Source: Candidatus Krumholzibacteriia bacterium
GTDB lineage: Bacteria; Krumholzibacteriota; Krumholzibacteriia; LZORAL124-64-63
Reading direction: 5' to 3'
Assembly (NCBI GenBank): GCA_041908585.1
Contig: JAYRFB010000275.1
Location: forward strand, 1,222 to 65,221
DNA: 64,000 nt
The position numbers and the translations under genes were made by a program. Position 1 is the first letter of the stretch; the number at the start of each line of letters is the position of its first letter. Of this stretch, positions 37,455 to 47,753 are shown one piece after another. Under the pieces are notes generated by a model. That model did not search any database and was not told where the DNA came from. It worked only from the letters and a program-made list of their open reading frames with translations.

Positions 37455-38939
37455 ATGAAGAACATGGACAAGTTCCCGAAGATGCTGCCCGGCCTCCTGC
37501 TGCTGGGCGCTCTGCTGGCCCTCGGCGGCTGCTCGCTGGAGGCCCCGGAAGACCCGTCCGGCGACATCAACGCTCCCGGCGTCGAGGATGCCGGCGCACG
37601 CTACGTCGCGGTGGGCAACAGCCTGACCGCCGGCTTCATGGACGGCGGGCTGATGCAGGCCGGCCAGGCCTACAGCTACCCGAACCTGATCGCCGCGCAG
37701 ATGGGCCTGTCGCGGACCCAGTTCACGCAGCCGTGGATCGCCTCGCCCGGCATCGGCGGCGTGTCCGGGAGCAACGTCACCGGCGTCCTCCACTTCGACG
37801 GCGCCAACATCACGGTCCTGGGCACCACGCCGCTGGCGCAGGTCCAGTCGACGCTGCTGCTGGCTGCCACGCAGCCGACGCAGTACCACAACCTGGGCGT
37901 GCCGGGCGCGGTCCTGCACGACGGCATGAACGCCTACAGCTCGGCCACCAGCGCCAGCGGCGCGAACCCGTTCTTCGACTTCATCAACCGCGCCACGTTC
38001 TTCGGCAACACGCCCGTCAGCGCCGGCTACCCCGGCCCCGGCGGCTTCGTCCCGGTGACGTTCCAGTCCGCCTCCCAGTACTACCAGGCCGTGGCCAAGG
38101 GCGGCGCCCTGACGACGCTGTGGCTCGGCAACAACGACGTGCTGGGCCCGGCCACCAGCGGCGAACCGGCGCCGAACTTCGGCAACTTCGGGTCACCGGG
38201 ACACCTGGCCTTCGCCGACGACTACACCGCGATGCTGGCGATGCTTGCCGGCGGCCTGGCCCAGCGCAACAACGGGCTGAAGCCGACGATCATCGTGGCC
38301 AACATCCCGAGCGTGACGAGCACGCCGTACTTCATCCCGCAGGCGACGTTCAGCTTCTACGTCACGCAGCAGATCGGCCAGGCGTGGCCGGGCGGCTTCG
38401 AGGAAGCGAACGTGCAGTATGTCCGCTTCCCGGCGCTGTCCTGGATCGCGACGGCCAACCCGGCGACGCCCATCCCGGCCAGCCTCACGCTCGACGCCGC
38501 CGAGTACACGTCCGTGGCCACCGCCACGACGGTGTTCAACCAGACGATCGCCACCGTGGTCAACACGATCAACGGCTCGGGCGTGGCGACGGTCGGCCTG
38601 GTCGACGCCAACGACCTGCTGGCCAACGACACGACCGGCCCGCAGCGCACGCATTTCCTGTTCCTGCTGGGCGGCGGCATGACGGTGGCGCAGGCTGCGG
38701 CGACGACCGTGTTCTCGCTCGATGGCATCCACCCCAACAGCCACGGCTACGGGATCCTGGCCAACGCCTTCATCGACGAGTACAACCGGATCCGCCCGGC
38801 GGGCCAGCCGGCACTGTCGCACGTCGACCCGGCGGCGCTGCCCTGGGACCCGACCTACGGGCAGGCGACCGCCAAGGCCGGCGGGCTGCCCGGGCTCGAT
38901 CCGCTTGCGGCCGCGGCCATGGACGCGATCTTCCGCTGA
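37455..38939 (+). CDS. SGNH/GDSL-hydrolase-like lipoprotein
   Basis: AGGAGG lies 8 nt before ATG 37455. ..LLLLGALLALGGC lipobox. Block I ..YVAVGNSLTAGF.., block V-like ..SLDGIHPNSHGY.. Confidence 0.72.
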   Translation: MKNMDKFPKMLPGLLLLGALLALGGCSLEAPEDPSGDINAPGVEDAGARYVAVGNSLTAGFMDGGLMQAGQAYSYPNLIAAQMGLSRTQFTQPWIASPGIGGVSGSNVTGVLHFDGANITVLGTTPLAQVQSTLLLAATQPTQYHNLGVPGAVLHDGMNAYSSATSASGANPFFDFINRATFFGNTPVSAGYPGPGGFVPVTFQSASQYYQAVAKGGALTTLWLGNNDVLGPATSGEPAPNFGNFGSPGHLAFADDYTAMLAMLAGGLAQRNNGLKPTIIVANIPSVTSTPYFIPQATFSFYVTQQIGQAWPGGFEEANVQYVRFPALSWIATANPATPIPASLTLDAAEYTSVATATTVFNQTIATVVNTINGSGVATVGLVDANDLLANDTTGPQRTHFLFLLGGGMTVAQAAATTVFSLDGIHPNSHGYGILANAFIDEYNRIRPAGQPALSHVDPAALPWDPTYGQATAKAGGLPGLDPLAAAAMDAIFR

Positions 38940-39152
38940 CCGGCGCGGACCGGCAGCCGTCACCAGGAGGGGGGGCCGCAGGGCTCCCCCTTCATCCATC
39001 CGGGCGGTGCCCGCGCCGGGCTACAGGTCCGCGCATTCCGGTCGATTCCCGCAGGACGGGTTTTGCGGTGCCGAACCGACGCCCGTGATGTATCTTTCGC
39101 GCGCGGGGCCGGAGGGCGCCGGCCGCGCGAACCGCCGGAAGGAACAGCCGCC

Positions 39153-40070
39153 ATGCGCACCTATCGCACCCTCGACGCCGGTCCCTTCGGGGGCATGGGC
39201 ATGACGCCCGGCGTCAAGATCCTGCTGATCGCCAACGTGGCCGTCTTCGTGCTCCAGACGCTGGCGCGCGACTACGTGGGCCGGCACGTCGGCCCGATCA
39301 CCGAGATCTTCGGGTTCATCCCGAGCCTGGCGATCCGCGGCTTCGAGGCCTGGCGCTTCGTGACGTACATGTTCCTGCACGGCGGCATCGGCCACATCCT
39401 GTTCAACATGCTCGGCCTGTGGATGTTCGGCTCCCAGATCGAGGCGCGCTGGGGGCGTGGCCCGTTCCTGCTCTACTACCTGGTCTGCGGGCTGGGCGGC
39501 GCCCTCACCTATGGCCTCTTCAACCTCTTCGGCATGGAGTCGTTCGTGCCGATGGTCGGCGCCTCCGGCGCGATCTACGGCATCCTGCTGGCCTACGGGA
39601 TGATGTTCCCCGAGGCGGTCATCCTCATCTTCTTCGTCGTGCCGATGAAGGCCAAGTACGCGGTCGTGCTCTTCGGGCTCATCGAGCTGCTGAGCACGAT
39701 GTCCGATACCGGCGGCGGCGTGGCCCACCTGGCCCACCTCGGCGGCATGGCGGCCGGGTTCATCTTCCTGCGCCTGACGATCCCCTCGCTGCGCGCCGGG
39801 CTGGGCCTGCGGGCCCCCTGGGGCCGCCGGGGCGGGCGCCGGCGCCCCAAGGTGGTGCGACCGGACGCCGGGGTCTGGACGGGCGGCTCCGCGCGGACCG
39901 GTGGCAGCGAGACGCGCGGGAACGCCGGCGGCGAGTCGCGCGCGACGGACGCCACCTCCGCGGCGGACAAGGCCGAGGTCGACGCCGTGCTCGACAAGAT
40001 CTCGCGCGAGGGCCTGCAGAGCCTGACCGCCCGCGAGCAGGAGATCCTGCGCCGGGCCGGCCGCCGCTAG
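39153..40070 (+). CDS. rhomboid family intramembrane serine protease with a C-terminal soluble tail
   Basis: ..WRFVTYMFLHGGIGHILFNMLGLWMFG.., catalytic ..GASGAIYGIL.. and ..HLAHLGGMAAGFIF.. Tail ..DKAEVDAVLDKISREGLQSLTAREQEILRRAGRR. Confidence 0.85.
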   Translation: MRTYRTLDAGPFGGMGMTPGVKILLIANVAVFVLQTLARDYVGRHVGPITEIFGFIPSLAIRGFEAWRFVTYMFLHGGIGHILFNMLGLWMFGSQIEARWGRGPFLLYYLVCGLGGALTYGLFNLFGMESFVPMVGASGAIYGILLAYGMMFPEAVILIFFVVPMKAKYAVVLFGLIELLSTMSDTGGGVAHLAHLGGMAAGFIFLRLTIPSLRAGLGLRAPWGRRGGRRRPKVVRPDAGVWTGGSARTGGSETRGNAGGESRATDATSAADKAEVDAVLDKISREGLQSLTAREQEILRRAGRR

Positions 40071-40089
40071 CCGGCGCAAGGGAGTCGAC

Positions 40090-40836
40090 GTGAAGCACCG
40101 CCTGCTGCGGGCCCTGATGCCGCTGGGGATCTATCCGCACATCAACTTCACCTACAGCCCGTTCAAGATCCTCGAGTACGAGGCCATGCTCGAGTGGCTG
40201 CCGCCGCCCGGCGGCGGGACCGCGCTGGACATCGGCTGCGGCGACGGCCTGCACACCATGCTCCTGGGCCGGCGCTTCGCGCGCACCTGCGGCGTCGACG
40301 TCAACGAGCGCTTCATCGCCATTGCGCGAGAGCATGCCCGCGCCTTCGGCGCGCGGGCGAACCTGGAATTCTTCGCGCAACCGCTCGAGCAGGTCGGATT
40401 CGCCGCCGACACCTTCGACGTGGTGCTCAGCGTCTGCGTCCTGGAGCACATCCCGAACCACGAGGAGGTGCTGCGCGAGTGCCTGAGGATCATGAAGCCG
40501 GGCGCGCGCATCGTCTTCTCGGTCGACACGCTGGAGACCATCGCCGAGCCCGATCTGGTCGAGAGCCACCGGCGTCAGCACCATGTCGTGCGGTACTTCC
40601 GCGAGGACACCCTGCGCGAGCTGCTGGCCCGGACGGGCTTCGTCAACCTCGAGTTCCGCCCGCTGTTCCGCAGCGACCTGGCGCGCGACCTGTTCCGCGA
40701 GGGCATCCGCGAGGGCTTCAACTTCGGCCGCCTGCGGGCGCCCCGCCTCGCCGCTCAGTTGCGGCGCGCCGAGGCGGCGATGCCAGCGGGCGCCCCCGGC
40801 ACGTTCCTGCTCGCCCGGGGCGAGCGCCCGCGGTGA
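40090..40836 (+). CDS. class I SAM-dependent methyltransferase
   Basis: GTG start after AGGGAG. Motif I ..ALDIGCGDGLHT.. and ..FDVVLSVCVLEHI..LRIMKPGARIVF.. Confidence 0.8.
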   Translation: MKHRLLRALMPLGIYPHINFTYSPFKILEYEAMLEWLPPPGGGTALDIGCGDGLHTMLLGRRFARTCGVDVNERFIAIAREHARAFGARANLEFFAQPLEQVGFAADTFDVVLSVCVLEHIPNHEEVLRECLRIMKPGARIVFSVDTLETIAEPDLVESHRRQHHVVRYFREDTLRELLARTGFVNLEFRPLFRSDLARDLFREGIREGFNFGRLRAPRLAAQLRRAEAAMPAGAPGTFLLARGERPR

Positions 40837-41831
40837 GAACCGGCGACACGCCCGTGGCCGCGACCGCGCCGGGCGCGCCCTGCGACCTGAGCGTCGTCAT
40901 CGTCAACTGGAACACCGCCACGCTGCTCGCGGCCTGCCTCGACTCGCTGCCGGCAGCTGGCGCCGGGCTCGAGCTCGAGGTGCTGGTCGTCGACAACGCC
41001 TCGCGCGACGGCTCGGCCGCGATGGCGCGCGCCCGTTACCCTGCCGTCACCCTGATCGAGGCGGGCGCCAACCTCGGCTTCGCCGGCGGCAACAACCTGG
41101 CCCTGCCGCGCTGCCGAGGCGCCTTCGTGCTGCTGCTGAACCCCGACACGGTGTGCCCGCCCGGGTCGCTGGCCCGCCTGGTCGGGTTCGCCCGCGGGAA
41201 GCCGCGCCTGGGCGCCGCCGGGCCCCTGCTGCTGGATGCCGACGGGAGCCCGACGATCACCTGGGGCTGGTTTCCCCACCCCCGCCACCACTGGCTCGGC
41301 CTGCTTGACCCGGCGCGGCGCCTGGGCGGTCGCTTCTGGGGCGAGCGCGTGGTGCACGTGCCGACGCGCGATGAGCCCTCCCGCCGCGTCGACTACGTCG
41401 CGGGCGCCTGCCTGCTGGCGCCGCGCGAGGCGCTGGCGCGCGTGGGCCCGCTCGACGAGCGCTTCTTCCTCTACTTCGAGGAGACCGACTGGTGCCGCCG
41501 CGCCCGCGACGCGGGGCTCGAGGTGTGGTACTGCGCCGAGGCCGAGGTCGTGCACCTCGAGGGGCGGGCCGCGGCCACGGTCAGCGAATTCAGCCTGCGG
41601 CAGTTCCAGCACAGTTACCGGCTGTTCCTGCGCAAGCACCACGGGCGCGGCCGCGAGCTGGAGACCCGCCTGGCCCAGGCTTGCGAATACGGCCTGAAGT
41701 CGGCCCTCCGCCGCCTGGCCGCCCTGCGCGGCGGACCGGCCGGCAAGGCGAACCGGGCGCTGGCCCGCCAGTACGGCACCCGCGCCCGGTTGCAGTTCGT
41801 CGACCGGCTGGACCCGCGCCCGCCGGCTTGA
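40833..41831 (+). CDS. family 2 glycosyltransferase
   Basis: GTG 40833 overlaps the upstream stop (GTGA), in frame in ORF 40194..41831. ..LSVVIVNWNT..VVDNASRDGS..NLGFAGGNN..LLLNPDT..EETDWCRRAR.. Confidence 0.85.
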   Translation: MRTGDTPVAATAPGAPCDLSVVIVNWNTATLLAACLDSLPAAGAGLELEVLVVDNASRDGSAAMARARYPAVTLIEAGANLGFAGGNNLALPRCRGAFVLLLNPDTVCPPGSLARLVGFARGKPRLGAAGPLLLDADGSPTITWGWFPHPRHHWLGLLDPARRLGGRFWGERVVHVPTRDEPSRRVDYVAGACLLAPREALARVGPLDERFFLYFEETDWCRRARDAGLEVWYCAEAEVVHLEGRAAATVSEFSLRQFQHSYRLFLRKHHGRGRELETRLAQACEYGLKSALRRLAALRGGPAGKANRALARQYGTRARLQFVDRLDPRPPA

Positions 41832-41839
41832 CGGACGGG

Positions 41840-43414
41840 CTAGCGCCCGCCCCTGGCCTTCTTCTCGAACTCCGCGATCAGGTCCTTTCCCGAGGTCAGG
41901 CTGACGATGCGGAACTCCTCCACGTGCAGCGTGGCGTCGTCCAGCACGTTGAGTTCGAGGTCGAACGAGCGCGACAGCTCGCGGAACTGCTCGGGCCGCT
42001 CCTCCAGCAGGTACAGCGCCAGCACGGGGTTGGCCTGGATCTGCAGCCGCGACTCGCGAGTGACCACCGCGATGCGCTGGATCAGCCGCTCGATGCGGTT
42101 GCTCATCGTCTCCATCGACAGCACCTTGCCCGTGCCGGTGCAGTACGGGCAGTCGTCCGACAGCTGCGACAGCAGCGACGGCCGCACGCGCTGGCGGCTC
42201 ATCTCGACCAGGCCCAGGCCCGAGACCTGGAACACCTTGTGGCGCGCGCGATCGCGCTTGAGGTGCGTGCGTAGCTCGTTGAAGACGCGCTTCTTGTTGC
42301 TCTCGCTCTCCATGTCGATGAAGTCGATGACGATGATGCCGCCGATGTCGCGCAGCCGCAGCTGGCGCGCAACCTCGCGCGCCGCCAGCATGTTGGTCTG
42401 GAGGATCGTCTCCTCCTGGTTGCGCTTGCCGACGAAGCGGCCGGTGTTCACGTCGATCGAGACCAGCGCCTCGGTCTGCTCGATGATCAGGTAGCCGCCC
42501 TTCTTCATCCAGACGCGCTTGTCCAGGGTGTTCTTGATCTCGGTCTCGATCTCGAACTGGTCGAAGATGGGCAGGTCGCCCTTGTACTCCTCGATGCGGC
42601 CGCGCAGCTCCGGCGCGAAGGCCTTGATGTAGTTCGACAGGCGGACGAAATCGTCGTGATCGTCGATCACCAGCCGCGCCGTGTCCTCCTTGAAGATGTC
42701 GCGGATCAGGGCCACGACCATCCCCACGTCCTCGTGGACCAGGGCGGGCGCCTGCACTTCCTGCCCCGACCGGTAGAGCTTGTCGAAGAGCCCGCCCAGG
42801 TACTCCACGTCCTGCCTGATGCCGTCCTCGGTGACGGCCGTGGCCGCCGTGCGGATGATGAAGGCGCCCTCGGCGGGGCGGTGGGCCTGCAGCATCTGCT
42901 TGAGGCGGACGCGCTCGCGGCGGTCCTCGATCTTGCGCGAGACCCCGATGTGGCGACCCTTGGGCATCATGACGAGGTAGCGGCCAGGCAGGGAGATGTC
43001 GGCGGTCAGGCGGGGTCCCTTGGTGCTGATGGGCTCCTTGGTGACCTGGACGAGGATCTCGTCGCCCACCTTCAGCACCGTGCCGATATCGGGCACGTGC
43101 CGTTGCCGGCGGCGCCCCGGTGGGCCGCCATGGCCGCCGCCGGCGGGCGCCGGGGCGCCCCCGTCGGGCCCCTCCTCGTCGCTGTCGTCGTGTTCAAGGT
43201 CGGAGGCGTGCAGGAAGCCCGCGCGCTCGAGGCCGATGTCGACGAAGGCGGCCTGCAGGCCGGGCTTCACCGACGTGACCTTGCCCTTGTAGACGTTGCC
43301 GACGATCCGCTTTGCGTCCGCGCCCTCGACCAGGAGTTCCACGAGCTCGCCGTCCTCGAGCATGGCGATGCGGATCTCGTGGGGGGACGAGTTGATGATG
43401 ATTTCTTTGCGCAT
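41840..43414 (-). CDS. rng: Rne/Rng family ribonuclease (RNase G-like)
   Basis: ATG 43414. MRKEIIINSSPHEIRIAMLEDGELVELLVE..VGNVYKGKVTSVKPGLQAAFVDIGLERAGFLH.. (S1 domain) and ..IIVIDFIDM.. Confidence 0.88.
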   Translation of the reverse strand: MRKEIIINSSPHEIRIAMLEDGELVELLVEGADAKRIVGNVYKGKVTSVKPGLQAAFVDIGLERAGFLHASDLEHDDSDEEGPDGGAPAPAGGGHGGPPGRRRQRHVPDIGTVLKVGDEILVQVTKEPISTKGPRLTADISLPGRYLVMMPKGRHIGVSRKIEDRRERVRLKQMLQAHRPAEGAFIIRTAATAVTEDGIRQDVEYLGGLFDKLYRSGQEVQAPALVHEDVGMVVALIRDIFKEDTARLVIDDHDDFVRLSNYIKAFAPELRGRIEEYKGDLPIFDQFEIETEIKNTLDKRVWMKKGGYLIIEQTEALVSIDVNTGRFVGKRNQEETILQTNMLAAREVARQLRLRDIGGIIVIDFIDMESESNKKRVFNELRTHLKRDRARHKVFQVSGLGLVEMSRQRVRPSLLSQLSDDCPYCTGTGKVLSMETMSNRIERLIQRIAVVTRESRLQIQANPVLALYLLEERPEQFRELSRSFDLELNVLDDATLHVEEFRIVSLTSGKDLIAEFEKKARGGR

Positions 43415-43442
43415 AGAACCTGCCCAGGGCCGGACGGGGCGC

Positions 43443-46250
43443 TCAAGCGTGGAAATGGCGCTCCATCCAGAACCGAAGGCCGGTCTCACCTACTTCCTCG
43501 AGGGGCGACAACCAGCGCCCGTCACGGTGGTGGCCAGCATATCCCGTCCGCGTCACGACGCAGAGCCCGGGGTCGGGCAGCGCCTGGCCGAACAGGCAGG
43601 CCAGGAATTCGTGCACGGGCAGGCCGGCACCCGTGTCGCTGCGCAGCAGGCTGACGCGCAGCTCCAGGGCCTGGTCGTGCCCGTCCACCCGCGCCAGTCC
43701 CAGGCCGCCATCCGGCACCAGGGCGCGGGCATCGATCTCGAGATCTCCCTTGGGACGCTTCCGCACGACCGGGCAGGTTCCACCGGCCAGGAATGCGTCC
43801 ACGGCGGCCGCGGCCACCCCGGCCGCCGGACCACCCTCCTCGACGCCGGGCAATCGCACCCGGTAATCGAACCTGGACACCGCCTGGTCGATCGAAGGCG
43901 GCGTCTGGGCCCCGACCACCACGGCGCGCCCGAGGCGCAGCCCGGGCGGCAACTCGCGATTCAGGCGCTCGGTCCAGCCCGGCACCTGATGGTCGAAGGC
44001 GATGTCCATGCACTCGCGCTCGCCGGCGACCCCCACCGGTAACGGGGGGCCGAACTTGAGCATCGGGTGCGGATGATAGCCCTTGCTGTGGGCGACAGGC
44101 AAGCGCGACCTTCGCAGGGCCAGGTGCAGCTGCCGCTGGAAGTCCAGGTGGCCCAGGAAGACCAGGTCCCCGCCCTTGGTGTACTCCACCCTGTACCAGC
44201 ACTTGGCGGCCGCCTGCTGGCGCCAGCCCACCCAACGCGGGTCCTCCTGGCCCGGCCGGGCCGGGTCCTCGTTCCGCGGGTCGAAGGCCGGGGCCGCCGC
44301 CGGGACCGGCGGCGCCGGCACATGGCGCGGGATCGGGTCCTCGGCAAGGCGGGTCGTGCCCCGGCCGTGCGAGGGAATGGCCGGCCCCCGGCGCGGCGGG
44401 GCTCCCTGCAGCGCCTCCAGCTTCGCGAAGACGTGCTGGAGGTCGCCGTCGCACGAGGTGCAGTCGTAGCAGGGCCCTTCCAGCCGGCAGTCCGGCAGCG
44501 TCCGCGCCTGGACGGCCCGGCGCCAGTCCCGCTTCAGGAAGTCCTTGTCCACCCCCACGTCGACCCCGTCCCAGGGCAGGGGGGTGTCCGGGTTGTGTGG
44601 GGCCAGGTAGTCCTCGGCGGCCACGCCGCACTCGGACAACGCCCGTTCCCAGGTGCCGATGCGCAGGTGCTCCGACCAGCCGTCGAACCTGGCGCCCAGG
44701 CGCCAGGCCCGCTCCACGACGTCGGCCAGGCGTCCGTCACCCAGCCCCAGCATGCCTTCAAGAAACGACGTCTCGGGGTCGCGCAGGCTCAGCTTCAGCT
44801 TGTGGCGCCGCAGGCGGTCGGCCACGTGGCGGTTGCGCCGCTCGATCTCCTGCCGAGGGATCTGCCCCGCCCACTGGAACGACGTGTGGGCCTTGGGCGA
44901 GAAGGGCGAGAGCGAGACGTGCACCTGGGCGCCGCCTCGCGGGGCCTGCGCCACGACGCGCCCGACCAGCTCGCACAGCTCGTCGAGGTCCTGGTCCGTC
45001 TCCGTGGGCAGGCCGACCATGAAGTAGAGCTTCACGTTCTTGACGCCGGCGCGCAGGGCCTGTCCCGTGGTGCCGATGATGTCGTCATCGGTGATGTTCT
45101 TGTTGACGACGTCGCGCAGGCGGGCGCTGCCGGCCTCCGGCGCGAAGGTGAAGCTGGCTGGGCGCTCGTTGCTGATGCGCTCGTAGAGGCCCTCGTCCAC
45201 GGAGTCCACGCGCAGGCTGGGCAGCACCAGGTTGGTGTGCTCGGCCGCCAGCGCATCCTGGATGCCTGCCACCGCCTCGCCAAGGCCGCTGTAGTCGCCG
45301 GTCGACAGGCTCAGCAGCGACACCTCGTCGTAGCCGCTGGCGGCCAGGCCCGCGCGGGCGGCGGCCACCAGAGCATCCGCGTCGCGCTCGCGGACCGGGC
45401 GCGTGATCATGCCCGCCTGGCAGAAGCGGCAGCCGCGCACGCAGCCGCGCATGACTTCCAGCGCCAGGCGATCGTGCACCGGCTCGATGACCGGCACCAG
45501 CTGGCGCGGCGGCGGATAGTCGTTCAGGTCGCGGATGACGCGGGCCCGCACCGGCTGCGGCGCGCCCGGCCACCACGTGCCCGGCAGGGCGCGCAGCCGC
45601 GCCAGGCGCGCGGCACGGTCCTCGCCCGCGGCGTGCGAGGCCGAGAGCGCGGCGGCCATCTCGAGCATGACCTCCTCGCCGTCGCCCAGCACGAGCAGGT
45701 CCAGGAACGGCGCCACGACGGCGGGATTGAGCACGCAGGAGCCGCCGGCCATGTAGATGGGGTCGCCCTCGCCGCGCTCGGCCGCACGCAGCGGCGAGCC
45801 TGCCAGGTCGATCATCGTCAGCATGTTGGTGTAGGCCAGCTCGTAGCCCAGCGAGAAGCCGACCAGGTCGAAACGGCGCGCCGGTCGCCGCGACTCCAGG
45901 CCGAACAGCGGCAGGCCCAGGCCGCGCATGGCCTGCTCCATGTCGGGCCAGGGCGCGAATGCCAGGTCGCAGAACGCGTCGGTCCGCTCGTGGAGCAGCG
46001 TGTAGAGGATGCGCAGGCCCTGGTGCGACATCCCGACCTCATAGACGTCGGGAAACGTCAGCAGCACCGAGGCGCGGCCGGGGCGATACCCGTCGCGGTC
46101 GGCTCCCAGTTCGCCGCCGATGTAGCGGCCGGGAGACGCCACGTTGGGCAGGACGCGGCGCCGCAGCGCCTCGGACAGGACGGCCGGATCGTCGTAGGCG
46201 GGCGCCGGCCGCCAGGTCTGCCCCGGCGCCGGCGCGTTCGCGGGCTTCAT
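43443..46250 (-). CDS. B12-binding-domain radical SAM protein (TIGR03960-like) fused to a DUF2344/TIGR03936-like C-terminal domain
   Basis: ATG 46250 inside ORF 43443..46451. ..YIGGELGA..LTFPDVYEVGMSHQGLRILY.., CxxxCxxC as ..RGCVRGCRFCQAGM.. The C-terminal half ..YRVEYTKGGDLVFLGHLDFQRQLHLALRR.. The usual neighbour of rng. Confidence 0.8.
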   Translation of the reverse strand: MKPANAPAPGQTWRPAPAYDDPAVLSEALRRRVLPNVASPGRYIGGELGADRDGYRPGRASVLLTFPDVYEVGMSHQGLRILYTLLHERTDAFCDLAFAPWPDMEQAMRGLGLPLFGLESRRPARRFDLVGFSLGYELAYTNMLTMIDLAGSPLRAAERGEGDPIYMAGGSCVLNPAVVAPFLDLLVLGDGEEVMLEMAAALSASHAAGEDRAARLARLRALPGTWWPGAPQPVRARVIRDLNDYPPPRQLVPVIEPVHDRLALEVMRGCVRGCRFCQAGMITRPVRERDADALVAAARAGLAASGYDEVSLLSLSTGDYSGLGEAVAGIQDALAAEHTNLVLPSLRVDSVDEGLYERISNERPASFTFAPEAGSARLRDVVNKNITDDDIIGTTGQALRAGVKNVKLYFMVGLPTETDQDLDELCELVGRVVAQAPRGGAQVHVSLSPFSPKAHTSFQWAGQIPRQEIERRNRHVADRLRRHKLKLSLRDPETSFLEGMLGLGDGRLADVVERAWRLGARFDGWSEHLRIGTWERALSECGVAAEDYLAPHNPDTPLPWDGVDVGVDKDFLKRDWRRAVQARTLPDCRLEGPCYDCTSCDGDLQHVFAKLEALQGAPPRRGPAIPSHGRGTTRLAEDPIPRHVPAPPVPAAAPAFDPRNEDPARPGQEDPRWVGWRQQAAAKCWYRVEYTKGGDLVFLGHLDFQRQLHLALRRSRLPVAHSKGYHPHPMLKFGPPLPVGVAGERECMDIAFDHQVPGWTERLNRELPPGLRLGRAVVVGAQTPPSIDQAVSRFDYRVRLPGVEEGGPAAGVAAAAVDAFLAGGTCPVVRKRPKGDLEIDARALVPDGGLGLARVDGHDQALELRVSLLRSDTGAGLPVHEFLACLFGQALPDPGLCVVTRTGYAGHHRDGRWLSPLEEVGETGLRFWMERHFHA

Positions 46251-46269
46251 CGGCTGCGGGTCCTCCAGC

Positions 46270-47715
46270 TCAGTCCTCCCCGTCGGCGGGCAGCGACTTG
46301 ACCGGGATGCGGACGCCGGCGCTGCGCTCGAGCACGTCGCGGCCCGGTTCCTCGGCGAACGACACGGGGTAGTTGCCGGTGAAGCAGGCATCGCAGTGGT
46401 TGTCGCGGTCGCCGGCCGCTTCGCGCAGTCCGGCCAGCGACAGGTAGGCAAGCGAGTCGACGCGCAGGTACGTGCGGATCTCGTCGACCGAATGGCTCGC
46501 GGCGATCAGCTCGTTGCGGACCGGCGTGTCGATCCCGTAGTAGCAGGGATTGGTCACCGGCGGCGAGGCGATGCGCAGGTGCACCTCGGTGGCGCCGGCG
46601 CCGCGCACCAGCTTGACCAGCTTGCGCATCGTCGTGCCGCGGACGATCGAGTCGTCGATCATGACCACGCGCCGGCCCGCCACAACCTCGGCCACCGGGT
46701 TGAACTTGATGCGCACGGACATGTCGCGGACCTTCTGCGCGGGCGAGATGAAGGTCCGCCCGACGTAGTGGTTGCGGATCAGCGCCAGCTCGAAAGGGAT
46801 GCCGGTGACGCGCGCGTAGCCCAGGGCCGCCGTGTTGCTGCTGTCGGGCACGGCGCACACCAGGTCGGCATCGGCCGGCGCCTCGCGCCCGAGGATCTCG
46901 CCGCTGCGCCGTCGCGCGGATTCCACGTGCTGCCCGAAGACGATGCTGTCCGGCCGCGAGAAATAGACGTGCTCGAACACGCAGCGACGCTCGACGGCCC
47001 GGACCGGCAGCTGGCGGCTGCTCAGCTCGCCATCGCCCAGGACCACCATCTCGCCAGGGGCGATGTCGCGCAGGTAGCGGGCCCCGATGATATCGAAGGC
47101 GCAGCTCTCGCTGGCCACGACGAAGCTGTCCCGGTACCGGCCCAGGCAGAGCGGGCGGAAGCCGTACGGATCGCGCACGGCGATCAGCCGGTCGCGGGTC
47201 AGGGCGACCAGGCTGTAGGCGCCCTTCACGCGCGGCAGCACGTCCAGCAGCGCGTCCTCAACGTGCTCGCCGGGGTGGCGGGCCAGCAGGTGGAGGATCA
47301 CCTCGGTGTCGCTCGTGGTCGAGAAGATCGAGCCCTGCAGCTCCATCTCGCGGCGCAGCTCGTGCGCGTTGACCAGGTTGCCGTTGTGGGCCAGGCTGAT
47401 CGTCCCGCGGTGCGACGCGGCCTGCAGCGGCTGGGCGTTGAGCAGGTGGCTGCCGCCGGCAGTGCTGTAGCGCACGTGGCCGATGGCCCAGTTGCCGGAC
47501 AGCGTGCGCGTGGTCGACTCGTCGAAGACGTCCGCGACCAGTCCCATCCGCTTGTGCGTCAGGAGGCGGTGACCGTCGGCCACGGTGATCCCCGCGCTCT
47601 CCTGGCCGCGGTGCTGCAGGGCGTGCAGCGCGAGCGAGGCCAGCTCCGCGGCGCCATCCACCGCGGCGATGCCCACGACACCGCATTCCTCGCGCCAGTG
47701 CCTGCTCGTGCTCAT
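46270..47715 (-). CDS. purF: amidophosphoribosyltransferase
   Basis: ATG 47715 after GGGAGG. MSTSRHWREECGVVGIA..LQHRGQESAGI..GHVRYSTAG..DDSIVRGTT.. Confidence 0.93.
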   Translation of the reverse strand: MSTSRHWREECGVVGIAAVDGAAELASLALHALQHRGQESAGITVADGHRLLTHKRMGLVADVFDESTTRTLSGNWAIGHVRYSTAGGSHLLNAQPLQAASHRGTISLAHNGNLVNAHELRREMELQGSIFSTTSDTEVILHLLARHPGEHVEDALLDVLPRVKGAYSLVALTRDRLIAVRDPYGFRPLCLGRYRDSFVVASESCAFDIIGARYLRDIAPGEMVVLGDGELSSRQLPVRAVERRCVFEHVYFSRPDSIVFGQHVESARRRSGEILGREAPADADLVCAVPDSSNTAALGYARVTGIPFELALIRNHYVGRTFISPAQKVRDMSVRIKFNPVAEVVAGRRVVMIDDSIVRGTTMRKLVKLVRGAGATEVHLRIASPPVTNPCYYGIDTPVRNELIAASHSVDEIRTYLRVDSLAYLSLAGLREAAGDRDNHCDACFTGNYPVSFAEEPGRDVLERSAGVRIPVKSLPADGED

Positions 47716-47753
47716 CGCGCCTCCCGGACCGGGGCCCTTCGTGCCGCCATCCC

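Noticed and set aside
38960-39000. GC-rich hairpin GGAGGGGGGGCC..GGGCTCCCCCTTC after the SGNH gene, considered as a terminator.
   Set aside because: The stem needs several G:U pairs or mismatches, and there is no T-tract. It is too weak to list as a feature.
35312-39088. 1258-aa plus-strand ORF spanning the birA, fadL-like and SGNH loci.
   Set aside because: It runs out of frame or antisense across three genes that each have recognisable motifs, an RBS and signal peptides. Its composition is dominated by Arg, Pro, Gly and Ala. The same reasoning rejects 4126..6195, 4424..6625, 10888..12384 and 32556..34085.
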